NCBI GenBank assembly: GCA_028534125.1
Contig: CM052816.1
Span: 101,184,001 to 101,248,000 of the forward strand
Origin: Lama glama
Lineage: Eukaryota
Reading direction: 5' to 3'
DNA length: 64,000 nt
A model generated the notes under the pieces. It did no database searches, was not told the origin of the DNA, and saw nothing but the letters and a program-made list of their open reading frames with translations. This document shows positions 11,491-23,738 of this stretch, one piece after another. Position numbers and translations under genes: made by a program. Positions within the stretch are counted from its first letter, which is position 1; each line of letters begins with the position of its first letter.

Positions 11491-13121
11491 GGCACCTGTG
11501 AAGTGGGCTGCAGCCACCCAACAGCTTGGCCGCTTTATTGCCCGATGAGACCGAGCACATCATATCACAGACAGGAAAAGCCACGGGAGCCAGCAGAGGA
11601 CGTGGAAATTGCCCTTCTCATCCGTTTTGAAAAGACAGACCCTGCGGTGTGAGGACCCCCTCTGCGGGGCACAGGAGGGCAGGAGCCCAGCCCAAGAGCA
11701 GAACAGAGGGAACGGGGAGTCAGGTCACCTGTGAGCTGTCACGACCACAAAGTCTCGGCTTTCAAGCCATGGGTTCTCAACCCAGTGAAACTGAAATTCT
11801 GATTCTTATTTGGTCTAGACTTATTTTGTTTGATTATATATTTGATACGAAAATCATATTTTAGTTAAAACATACAAGAAACACCTCGAGGTAAAGCATG
11901 ATTTCCAAAGAGCTTAGGAACCCAGCCCCCTCCCTCCCGGTCCCTCTCTCTCTCACTCACTGACGCATTCATGGTTTTGGAAGAGGGCTTCCTGCCCCCA
12001 GGCCAGGCTCCGCGCTGTGGACACATGGGGAGACGGTCTCGGGGCCTTCGGGCTTCCGGGGAGGAGCAGAGACCGAGGTTCACTTGAAACTGGGGAAGGT
12101 CTGAGAACATGAGGCACATCGGGACGGTGAGGGGCCCCAGGCTGTGCCCCGCTCAGTGATGGCTCAGCAAACCCCTGAACCTCAACCGGCCGTCTTCAGC
12201 CTGCACGTGGCTGACCGTGGCCCGCGGGCGGCGGAGAACCAACGTCCCACAGAGATGCCGTTTCCACAGCCTCTCGGGGCACCAACGCTCCTGCGCTCAG
12301 ACACTGGAGAGGAAGGAGGGCCGAGCTGGTCCCTGTGCCGTGAAGGGCCGGGGCCAGGAGCTCAGGCTTTGCTGGCCCGAGGGCTCGGCCACACAGCCCG
12401 CGATGGGGGCGGGGGGCTGCGTCCCCATCAGGCTCCACTTGACAACACAGGCGGCAGCTGGCCTTGGCCTGCGGCCCTCCTGCCACACCCCCGCACCCGC
12501 ACGAAACTAACATTTCTGTTCCAAATGAACCCTTCGCCCCGTGACTGACCAGAGACGCGGACGGGGGAGGCCGCCAGCGCCTGGCCTTCGCAGGACAGGT
12601 GTCCTCCAAGACGCTCACTCACCGAAATCCTTACAGCTGCTCAACCGTCCCTTACTGAGGGCAGATACTGCGAGTTAAAACCGGCGTTAGGTGTTCAAAT
12701 TCACGAGAAGGCGCTGTGACCTAACTTAGTATTTCGAGGTCCCTGTCGGGTCTGCAGTGAAGACGTGCCCACAGCCCGCCCCCCGCAGGCGGCGGCTTAT
12801 TCACGTTCCCTGTGTAACAGAGGGCAATGCCTAGGTCTGTGGACCGGGGGGGGGGGGACGTCGACCTGCAGAGGCCAGGCCGGGGCCAGCGGGCGGGACA
12901 GACGTCGGCCGACGCGCAGCCCTGGGCAGGGTACCACGGAGACACGGGGGACCTCTGCGCTCGGACACGCGGCTCGCAGAACCTGGAAGGAGCCCCAGGC
13001 AGGACTGCGGCAGGGATGTGGCGGGGACCCTGGTGCCGGGCGGGGAAGATGCACTGGCCCGCGGAGGGCTGGCTCTGCGACGCCGGCCCTCGATCGGAGC
13101 CCCCACAGGCAGGCGACTTAC

Positions 13122-13264
13122 TTCCTCCACGAGGCCAGGGGCTGTTCCGGTTCCCTCTCAGCGGATCCCAGCGAGGCCACGAGCGCCAAGGGCCAGGCCA
13201 GCAGCATCATGCAGGCGGCAAACAGCAGGCGGACGGGGAAGAGCGTCAGTGTCATGACGGTGAC
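13122..13264 (-). CDS. LPCAT1: LPCAT1 exon 2 (143 nt), transmembrane segment
   Basis: Encodes VTVMTLTLFPVRLLFAACMMLLAWPLALVASLGSAEREPEQPLASWR(K); cag acceptor and gtaagt donor. Confidence 0.96.
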
Positions 13265-16200
13265 CTGGGGAGACAGGCCGTGTCACTGCGGAAGCGGCGT
13301 CCTCTGGGCCCCCTGGGCCGGCCCGCCCTGCCCGAGCCGCTGACCTCCCTCCCATGGACAGCAGGGTGGGGCCAGCTCTGGACATCCCGCTCGGGGTCCC
13401 CGGCCACGCTGCTGCCCCACCGGCCCGCTGCCTCCTGCAGACACCCTGGGGGGCGGCACGGGAAGGGGGGGCTCTCTCCCAGTGGACAGCGCTTGCCCAC
13501 TCCCGGCGCCCCCACCAGGCAGCCCCCTCTCCAGGCCCAGCACAGCCTCCTTGCTCCTCTGAGCCCCCCCCCCCGGTAGTGCCCCGCCCCCACAGGAGGG
13601 GGCTTTCAGGGCACTGAGTGGCCATCTGTGAAGCATCGAAGTAGCAGGTACAGCGTTGGCAAGACTGGACCGTGGACAAGGGAGACTGGGGGTTCAGGGA
13701 CTTTCCAGCCACAGGACAGGACAGGAGCCCAGCAGAGAGGGAGGTATTGAAGGCCAAGGGTCTGGTCAGGAGGACGGGGGGTGGGGGAGATGCACTGGGG
13801 ATCAGTGGGGAAGGGCAGGTCCTGCAGGTTGCGGGGGAGGGAGCCACAAGTGCTGGGCGGTGGAGCACACACGGTTCAGCAGAGTGGCCGAGTCGGGGGA
13901 GGCCCGGCTGGACGGCAGCTATAACTCAGCTCGGCGGTGCAAAGTGACATCTGATTCCGCACGGGGGGCAGGGGGGCGCCGGGGTGGGTGCTCCAGAACA
14001 ACGTGTTTTGTGATGAACCCAGTCTCAGGGGGTCAGCTAGAAATGGGGCAGCAGAGGGGTGACAAGACGTGAAACTCGCCGAGCGCTGTGACCAGTAGAC
14101 GCAGCTCTCCACTACTGCAAGGAAAACACTCAGCACACGCAGGGCTTGGTGCGGGGGAGACAGCAAAGACAGGGGAAGAGGCCCAGGCCCACGGTGCCAC
14201 ATCGAGCTGCTCGAGGCCCCCGCCACCCCAGCTCACGCTGCTGGCCTCTGCACCGCAGGCCTGCACGCTGACCGCTCCCACGGGCCTGCGAGATTCTCCA
14301 GGGTCCCCAGCGAGGCCAGCATGGCCCAACAGGAGCCCGACTCAGGCCACACGTGCAATTGCACATTTTCCAGCAGCCAAATTTAAACCATAGAGGTGAT
14401 GAAACGAACTCAGCACACCCGAAGCAGCGTCACTTCGGCACGTTCTCGGTACAAAAGTGCCGATGAGCTATTCCACGCTTCCCTCACAAAGCCCAGGAAG
14501 TCCCGTGTGTCTTCTCCATCCCTCACACACGCCCACATTTTGAATCCCCAGCAGCTGAGAGGGGGCCCTGGGCCCGGGTCTCCACGTGTTGCAACAACGG
14601 TGATTTTTGACCTCCCTCCTCTCTGAGAGCCGGCTGTCACCCTGGCCGAACCTGCAGTTTGAACACGGGGTGGAACAGGATGGTGACCCCAGATCTGTGT
14701 GGTGGACCTGGTGGCCACGTTTCCCGTTAAGTGGGGGGCTGCTCGAGGCTGTCAGAGGGCGTCCCTGCTGAGGGAAAACACCCTCCACCCCTGGTTTCCT
14801 AAGGGTTTGGTCTTGCCTTCAGCACGAGCGGGGCCGAATGTTGCCACGTCTTCCCGTGACCCGCGGGGCCATCACACGCTTGTCTCCATGGCAGTCTCGG
14901 CTTTCCTGGCGTTACGACCTTGGTTGCTGGGCTGGGAAGCCACCTGCTATGACGTCTCTTTTACGGACTTGGGTCTGTTTGCTGCACGCGTCGGGGACAG
15001 TGGGCCTGGCCGTCACCCATCCTCTGGTGGGCCCCGCGGTCACAAGGCCAGACGCCAACACACGTCGGAGGAGGAGCTTCTACAGAGCAGCGTTCTGATG
15101 GCTGCTCTGATGTCTCCTGACTGTTTATCTAGATTTCCTATTTTTCTTGAGTCACTTCAGAGTTTTCTCAGGGAGAACATTCTCTCCGGGTGTCCCCAGC
15201 CGGTGTCTCCTCCCCACCCGGCTTCCCGACACGCGTGTTTGCAGGATGACTGCCTGGAGCCGCTCCCGTGAGGTCACGTCGACCCTGCCCTGACCCAGGG
15301 TGTCGCTGCAACACAGCTGCGCCTGCACTGCGGACGCGCTCCTCCTTTGTTCCTCCGTTTAGGGAACCGCGTCTGGACCCTCTCCTTGTCCCGCTGTGCC
15401 CTACGCAGTCATCTGAATTGCGGCTCTTGCAAGCACCTCTCTCGTCTGCTCTGCGTTCACTCTGGTGGTCTTTTTAACTTCTTGAGGGGAGAGCCTGGAG
15501 CATGATTTGCAGAAATACCTCATTTACCAAGACTCACGTTGAGAAAACAGCTTTCTCGAAGTAACATTCTAATCCAACTCCACAAGCTTCAAACGTCGCC
15601 TTCCCTTCATCTTAAAATGTAGGTTGATCATTACCTCCTGCTCCTTCCTTCCCTGTCACTTCGCAGTTCTGCTCGGAGGGAAAAGAGGTGCCGTCGGCAG
15701 ACACTCCACCCCGCTGGGCCCCGCTTCTCGGGCTCCCGGCTCCGGGGAGGCTGTGCTGGAAACCCACACACCTGCGACCCTGCACACCTGCTCGGCGTTT
15801 CAACCCACTGCTGCCGGCTTGTCCAAGTTCAGAGCAGTTCCGTCACCGGAGAGTTTCCTGCGTGTTCCCATAAGCAGACCCTGAAGCCGAGCCTGTGCCA
15901 CAGACAAAATGGACGTGCGGCGAAGCGATGGCCCAGGCTCCGGGCGCCCACCACGCCCAGATCGCTCCCGGATGCTAGCGGACCACCCCCTACCCTGCAG
16001 CCACATTCCATGACCAGGATGGCTGCCACCACAAACGACGGCATAGAACAGATGGTCCCAGGGGTTCCTGAGGCAGGAGCCTGCTTCCCGCGCCCCACCC
16101 CAGGCCTCTGAGAACCGAGACTGCAGAGGGCTCCTGGGGGCCCCGGGGAGGCAGCGCCCCACTCGGTCCCGACCAACAGGGAGGTGATGGCGAGTCTGGG

Positions 16201-17708
16201 GTGGGTGACCAGAGCCGGGGCAAGTACACTGCTCAACCTGCTGGTCCCATAGGCTGGTCAGCAGGTGGGGTGCACTAGGCCACTGCACGTGGGACATCAT
16301 GTGTGACCCCATGTGCACCTCGGGGGATGCATTCCTGCTCCCACTTGGTGTGCATCAGGGGAGAACACAGTCCTGGGTTCTGAGTTTCGCAGCAGGCAGG
16401 GAGAGGACGTGCGAGTGACCACAGAGCCTCTGACCCTCAGCAGACAGGCCCCCATGAGACGAGGAGGGCGTCGGTGGAGGCAGAACGTGGTCGGAGCCAC
16501 ACGCCTGTCGGTCGGCCCTGCTGGCCTGGGGGAGGGGGTGGGAGGCAGTGGTTCCAGCGCACGTGCCCTGAGGGCTGTGGAAGCTGCTTGGAGGGCCCGC
16601 ACCTTCGGGACCCACAGGCTGCCAGAGGGACCGGCTTCCTGAAATGCCTCCTGAGACGCTGCCCACAGCCTTGGTCCTGCACATCAGCATGAGCCTGGTC
16701 CCCTCGAAAGTGCCAGGTCAAACACAGGGAGGTCCCCGAGCCACACGAGGGTTTGTGACGCAATCCTATGGGCAGCGGCATCCAGAGTCTCTGCTGAGCT
16801 GCTCAGTTTAAACGGTTAGGGGGTTGGCTGCGAATACTGCCCCGTCAGAGGGTCTGACACAAGTCACCAGGACATGCACGTCCCCAGCGCATCCGAGTCG
16901 TCGGGCAGCCAGTCAAACCAGGTCTGAGGGTGCACAGCCACCCTCCCCGGGCACGTTTCGTGACGGGTCCCCAGCAGAGCTGTCCAGGCTCGGGTCAGCA
17001 TTTCCTGCCAAAGGGACCCAGGGCTCCTGAGTGAAGTGACTCCAGGTCCAGGTCGGGGTAAAAGTGTAGGAGGTGACCCTGGAACACTGGGACAGCCAAG
17101 GTCCCCGGGCTCAGGCCCCCACGCAGAGGGGGCGACTGGAACACGGACAAGAACAGTCCACGCGTGACGTGAACTTCACACTGCACACCACCACGACCCC
17201 ATGGCGGGCACACGCACACATCCACACGCGCACTCACGGGCACATGCCCCAGCCTCACCGCCGCCTTTGGATGGCCCTAGGAAACCAGCTCCTGGTTGTG
17301 GCACTGGCCGAGGGCACAACAGGTTTCACGCTGTCTGTCCTGTGAGACTGTCCCTCGGGGCAGCCAAGGGGTGGAGGGGCTGTGTCCGTAGACCTGCCCA
17401 CGAGGGGCTGGCACAGGCTTCCAGAACCCGCCATCCAGGCACACTCAGGTGACAGAAGGTCCTGCCCAGATGCAGATCACCAGGCCTGCATGGCCGTGCG
17501 TGTGGGGGCCACAGGACACCCAACAGAAATGGCATCTCTCCAGTTCTAGACCAAGCCACCAGCTTCCAGAAAGCACCGAAGCCTGGGACACAGTCAGCAG
17601 AAGGCAGACTGGGAGACACAGACGCCCCACACGCACCGCAAGGAAAACAGCCAAGACAGAGCTAGAAGGGGACCCTCTGATCAGGACGTGCCTGGGGCAC
17701 CTGCTCGC

Positions 17709-18208
17709 NNNNNNNNNNNNNNNNNNNNNNNNNNNNNNNNNNNNNNNNNNNNNNNNNNNNNNNNNNNNNNNNNNNNNNNNNNNNNNNNNNNNNNNNNNNN
17801 NNNNNNNNNNNNNNNNNNNNNNNNNNNNNNNNNNNNNNNNNNNNNNNNNNNNNNNNNNNNNNNNNNNNNNNNNNNNNNNNNNNNNNNNNNNNNNNNNNNN
17901 NNNNNNNNNNNNNNNNNNNNNNNNNNNNNNNNNNNNNNNNNNNNNNNNNNNNNNNNNNNNNNNNNNNNNNNNNNNNNNNNNNNNNNNNNNNNNNNNNNNN
18001 NNNNNNNNNNNNNNNNNNNNNNNNNNNNNNNNNNNNNNNNNNNNNNNNNNNNNNNNNNNNNNNNNNNNNNNNNNNNNNNNNNNNNNNNNNNNNNNNNNNN
18101 NNNNNNNNNNNNNNNNNNNNNNNNNNNNNNNNNNNNNNNNNNNNNNNNNNNNNNNNNNNNNNNNNNNNNNNNNNNNNNNNNNNNNNNNNNNNNNNNNNNN
18201 NNNNNNNN
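17709..18208. other. Assembly gap (500 N) at the LPCAT1 strand switch
   Basis: N run. LPCAT1 is on the minus strand to the left and the plus strand to the right. Confidence 0.99.
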
Positions 18209-18884
18209 TCTGAACAGCGGCCTCCTCTCCTGAATGGCCAGGGGTCCCCTCAGCCTCTTGTCTGGTGCGTGGGCTTCTCCCTGGCACAGCCCTCAGGCCC
18301 TCCTGCACCCGCACTTCGGCAGGGAGACACACTCTGGCTGAGCAAGGAGGCAGCGTTCACAGCCCCTCGGCCCTCAGGGCCCCGGGAGGAGCGGGCAGAC
18401 ACGGGGCCAGCCTGTCAGGACCACGACTCCCGCACACGCGTCACCGCACAGACACGCGTGCTGAGCCCTGCAGGAGCCGACCCGCGGCAGGGGGTGTGGC
18501 GGGCTCCTCCGGCCGTGACTGTCCCACGTTAACAGCACAGCGTGTCCCAGGCGACAGTGTTGTGTGTTCAGAGTGACAACACAGCGTGTGCCGTGGGACC
18601 ACAGGAGCAGCCGCAGTGGCCTGTGGTAGAACTGAGGCGGATGGGGTGGCCGCTGGCACAGGAGACCCCCCAAGAGTTTGCAGACTGTGCAGGAAGCTTC
18701 AGCCACCTTGGAGAAACAGTTGGTTGTGAACATTCTTCCAAAACACTCTTCACTCATTTGTTGGCAAATGCCCCCAAGTCAGAGTGGCCCTAACCTCTTA
18801 GCTAACAGCCAGCGATGGCGCTGAGCCCAGCTGCCCGTGCCCGCGCGGGTGGCGGGGCTGGCGCCTGACGGTGTCTCTCCGCAG

Positions 18885-18983
18885 GGCGGAGGCGGCGAGA
18901 TAGACCTGCGGGAGTACGTGGTCGCCTTGTCCGTTGTGTGCCGGCCGTCCCAGACCCTGGACACCGTCCGGCTGGCATTCCAG
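18885..18983 (+). CDS. LPCAT1: LPCAT1 exon 12 (99 nt), EF-hand region; GC donor
   Basis: Encodes GGGGEIDLREYVVALSVVCRPSQTLDTVRLAFQ; cag acceptor; ends CAG|gcaagt. Confidence 0.92.
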
Positions 18984-21900
18984 GCAAGTGCGGCGCTGAC
19001 ATGAGTTGCATGTGCAGGGACGGGCTTGTGGTGCGTCTGTAGTCCCTGTGACACTGGCACACGGGTTATTTGCCCCACTGCTGTTTTCACGGAAGCATCT
19101 ACGGACCGATGTTTGTGAAAGTGCCCGCGAACCTCTAGGCAATCTCTTCCTGGAATCGGTGGTCCATGCTTGGAAGGAGGGCTTGGAGGAGGGTCTTCCT
19201 GAGTCCAGGGCGTCTGAGCGGGACTGGTGGGTACCACACACCACCGTGTGCGGTCCCGCATCTATCAGCTCTTCCAACATAGCCTCCCCGTTAGCCATTG
19301 ATGGAGGAAAGCAGGGCTTAGGGAGTTAAGGTGCTGCCTGCCCCAGCGGAGCCGAGCCAGGCCCTTCACCATGGGCGCAGAGAGTCTGGGAGCCGGAAGG
19401 CCCGTGACGGGGTCCCAGCCCACCTGCAGATTCACCTGGCTGCCCTGAAGGCTGGGCTTGCCAGGTCAGTGACTTAAGATGGAACTGGGCAGCCTTTGTC
19501 CACCAAGAGACACGAGTCTGCCAGGGTCTCACTGTGGATGTGTCTCCCAAGTACAACTCACATTAGCCTGACTCATGAGAACCTGATGTGTAAGTCAGGA
19601 AGCGACTGTCACTCACTGCGTGGAGAACCCCCGTCTCTCACTCCTGACCCAGCAGACCCTCTCCCTGGCACACCAGGAGAACCCCCCACACTGCAGGGTG
19701 GCTTCTGTGGGTCATGCCAGGGGAATTAGCCGGGTGGGTCAATCCTTGGTAGTGCCCTGCCCGAGGAAGCCTGGCCCCTTCCTCCAGCTGGGCAGGGATC
19801 TCCCAAGGCTGCCAGTGGTTCATCACCCCGTGGGGGCTTGCCTACGCCACACCCCATCTGGTGGCCCCACGGGCGGTGTTTCTGTTGTCACCAGTGGGAT
19901 CTGCTTCAATGACAGTGGCTGGCGGCTTGTTTCTCAGTAAACAACCGACTGTGGGCCTGACCTTTCTCAGGAGGCGCTGCCCAGCTCCCACCTGAGGGCA
20001 GGCGGAGGGGGCTGCAGGGGAGGACGGCCCCGCCCAACGGGGCGGAGAGCGCGGCCAGCGCGTCCCCTCAACAACCTTCCCTGTGGGGCTCACGCCGAGG
20101 TTACCAGCACACGCTGCCCCGGCTGAGCTGGGGAAGCACCTGGGCGCCCCCCACAACGCAGCGTGTTCTGCCGTGTGGACGCCCTGCCCGGCGTGAGGTT
20201 GAGGTCTCAGGGGCTCCTGGCCTCCCCGTCACAGTGAGGAGCCTCTTTCTGTCCCTGCCTGCAGCCCCGGACAACCGAGTCCCCGGGCACATCGGGGCGG
20301 GGCGCCCCCGGGACCTGGTGGGGGGAGGGAGGTGACGTCGGTGTCGCCCTGCAGAGGACGTGCGCCCGAGGCCTCCTCGTTTCACAGTTAAAGCCCCTCC
20401 TGGGCTGGCAGTGAGGACACGCCACACGTGCGGGGTGCTTAGCTCCTGAGATGTGCGCCTGCCCCGGGGCATCCCCGAGGAGCTCGCAGACTTCCGGGCC
20501 TTTGTTTCTGCCTCCTGTTGCTCCTGCTCGAGGGACTAGTAGTGCTGGTGTTGTCAGTGCCCGCGCCGCCGCTGCCCCGTACAACCGCGGCGTCCGCGCG
20601 TGATGGGTCCTGAGCGTCTGCCTCCCCGTCAGCAGCCCAGTCCCTCCTTACGTGGCCCAGACAGACTTCAGAATCACCTTCTGGATGGAGAAATAGAAGT
20701 CCTCTTCCTCTGAATGTTACAGCGTCAGACTCCAGGGCAGGCGCCTGGCGGGCCACCTGCCCGTCAGCACAGGTCGGGGAGGCGCCCGGGCTGGGCTGCA
20801 GGCCTGGCGGGGGAGGCTGAGTGGAAGGGCGTGACCGGGGGCTCTGGAACGTCCCAGAGGGCTCAGTCTCCAGATGCAGTGTTCAGCAAGTCTAAAGACA
20901 GGAGAGAAATGCGGCTGAAGAGGGCCCGGGGCTGCCAGCTCCACAGACGGTGCGACCTAAGGCCAGGGGCGCGAGGGAGGGCCTGGTGACACAGACGCAG
21001 GCAGGGAGCGGGAAGTAGGTGGCCACTGCCAACACGGGCAGCTAAGCAGAAGCCACTGGAAAGGGCGCGGTCAGCAGGCCCGTGCCTCCTGAAGGCCGAG
21101 CGGTGGTGGCCAGTTTGTGCCATTGAGCAAAAGGCCCCGAGAGCCCACGTGTGCCTGGCAGGGCTCAGGGCGCTGCCCGGTGGGAGGACAGGCACCCCCA
21201 CCCCGGAGCCCACCTCCAGGTGGGAGGGCAGCACGAATGCTCCAGACGGCTCAGGGTCGAAGGAGCAGCTTGATCGGGGGTCCCTGGGTCTCAGCACCCA
21301 TGGGAGGCAGGCGGAGGTTGGAGCCACGGAGCCTGGGAGGGAAGCCCGCAGACGGGGAGCAGGGCGCGTGGGGGCCAGCCCCCCACCTCCTGCAGCCCCG
21401 ATCAAGCTTGGAAGTGGCAGGGCGCTGCCCGCAGACCTGGGCAGGAGGAGGAGGAAGTTCAGAAGTTGGGGCAGCAGGACATAAGGGGCTTGTGTGCTGG
21501 TCTCAGCCCATAAGGGGCCGTGCTGGGGCTGCACCGGCCCCGGCGGTTCCTGTTATGACTGAAGGATGCCCTCAGCAACCTCCAGGGGACCTTGTAAACC
21601 TGGTTCGTTACTCACAGGTCCTGGAGGGTACACGGCACAGCGAGGTCACAGCTGGGTGGTGCGGGGAGTATGGGCCTGGGGCTCCGCCTTTACGGGGGGG
21701 CGAGGGTGTGGCAGGTTTGCTCTTTATAGGTGATATCGGTGAATGTAAAGCGTAAGAGGAGGAATTAAGGGGTGGGAAGGGAGAAGGGGGTCGCTGAAGC
21801 AGTCAGTTATCTGGGTCCTGAACGGGGGACCCCATGGGGGTGGCCTGGCCCCTCACCCAGCGGTTTTAGGGGTGACTGCATCTCATGGCTGCAGGGTGTT

Positions 21901-22180
21901 CACCCAGGTGGACGTCTGTGAGTGGACCGAGCTCCTCACCACGATGTGTGCAGCACCCTTTCTTAGTGAATAAGACTTAAGACAGGAATCTAGAGCTGCC
22001 GACTGCGCCCTGCCCCGGGGGCCCCATCGAGGAGCGGAGTCCTGCTGCTCTGACCCATGGGCTCAGCGCCACCGGAGAGCTGGGAAGGCCGTGCGGAGGG
22101 ACAGCGGGCGCCCCGGACTCCTGGGGCTGGGGGGCGATGGACAGAGTGGGCCGTGGGGTGACGCAGCCTCTGCCTCACAG

Positions 22181-22319
22181 ATGTACGGGTCCCGGGACGG
22201 CAGCATCGACCAGGGCGCCCTGTCGTGCATCCTCAGGACTGCCTTGGGGGTGGCCGAGCTGAGTGTGGCCGAGCTTTTCCATGCCATCGACCAAGAGGAG
22301 ACGGGGAAGATCACGTTTG
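22181..22319 (+). CDS. LPCAT1: LPCAT1 exon 13 (139 nt)
   Basis: Encodes MYGSRDGSIDQGALSCILRTALGVAELSVAELFHAIDQEETGKITF; cag acceptor and gtgagt donor. Confidence 0.95.
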
Positions 22320-23553
22320 GTGAGTGGCCGGGAGCAGGGAGGACGCCCCCGTGCATGAGGGGGAAACACTATTGTCCCGAACGAGGACATTCAAGGGAAG
22401 GCACTTCCCAAGCCTGGGCAGGGGGAGGGGGCTGGGGCTCCCAGTCTTGTTTCTGCAGGTGATCAGTGGAAGCAAGTTCCGAGCCCAGAACCCCCACGTA
22501 GACGCATCCCGACCCCGGGCCACGGTCGGCGGGGTCAGGCTCCCCGGTGGGGGAGGGAATCTATGCCAGCCCAGCGGGGCTGATCCTGGGGGCGTCTCCT
22601 GGGGGGTGGGTTGATGGCTTTGGAAATTGTCACCACAGAAAGCAGGGCGGCCGGGGTCTTTGGTGACCAGGGCTGAGACCTGTCTGGGGCTGAGGCAGGG
22701 AGGGGTGGGCAGCAGCACCCCCAGAAGGCGGCCCCACCCAGCACGCCAGCCGGCGTGCACATCTGAAGATGAACGCGTAATCTCCCTGAAATAAGAGACG
22801 TTTGCTCAGGAAAGGTCACTGTTCACATCGTGTTTGGATGTGCTTTTAAATTGCATCCAAATGTCAGGCACGAGTGTTGGTTTAGGGGGGTGTGTGTATG
22901 TGTGTGTGTCAGCATCATGGGGGGGCAGGCCTCCCAGGGAGCCAGGTACGGCCGCTCACAGTGAGCCCTGACCAACGGCAGCCATTCCCGGGGGACACTG
23001 GTCCCGCTTCCCAAGGGAACACAGGCGCATCTCCTACAGCCACCTGGAGCCCACTGTGCCCTGCGCCTGGGCCTCTGAGCATCACCAAGCCCTTGGGGGG
23101 CGCTCTCCACCCTGACACCAGGCCCGTGGCCACCAGGAGACACACAGGGGCAAAGGCTGCATGACAGCAGGGTGGCCCTCCATGCACCTGGCCTCCCCAG
23201 AGCACAGCCGCGTCCACCCACGCGCCTGCCTGGTGAGCATTCAGGCCACCTGAGGATGCCTCTCCTCGTGTCTAAACCAGCGCTTGGGCGGAGGCCCCTT
23301 CCACGCCCAGCACCCAGAAAGCACCCGACCCGAACCTTCAGTTTCCCCGAAGCGGGAAGAGCCAAAAGGCCCGGCAGGTGCCCTGGTTCTCACAGCGGCT
23401 GCTGTGCGACAGAGGAAAACCGAAGTGGCGTGCGGGCCTCCGACACCCGCAGAGACGGCCTGCCGCCCCTGGGGGTGGGGAGACACCCGGGAAGACCCCA
23501 GACTCCAGGCCTTCGCCCCGTGGGCCATAACCAAGGTGCCTTTGTCTTTCCAG

Positions 23554-23738
23554 CCGACTTCGAGAGGTTTGCGGAAACGTACCCCGACTTTGCAGAGGAA
23601 TACCTGTACCCCGACCAGACACGCTTCCAGAGCGGCGCACAGACCCCCCCAGCCCTGACCGCCAACGGCTTCTGCACTGACTTCAGCCCCGAAAACTCGG
23701 GCATCGGGCCCGAGCCTTTGTGTAAGAAACTGGACTAG
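23554..23738 (+). CDS. LPCAT1: LPCAT1 exon 14, coding part to TAG
   Basis: Encodes (A)DFERFAETYPDFAEEYLYPDQTRFQSGAQTPPALTANGFCTDFSPENSGIGPEPLCKKLD-stop; ends in the KKLD dilysine motif. Confidence 0.96.

Noticed and set aside
739-17708. A separate minus-strand LPCAT paralogue or pseudogene
   Set aside because: Its exons (2-7) do not overlap those on the plus strand (12-14), and sizes and phases fit a single LPCAT1 gene.
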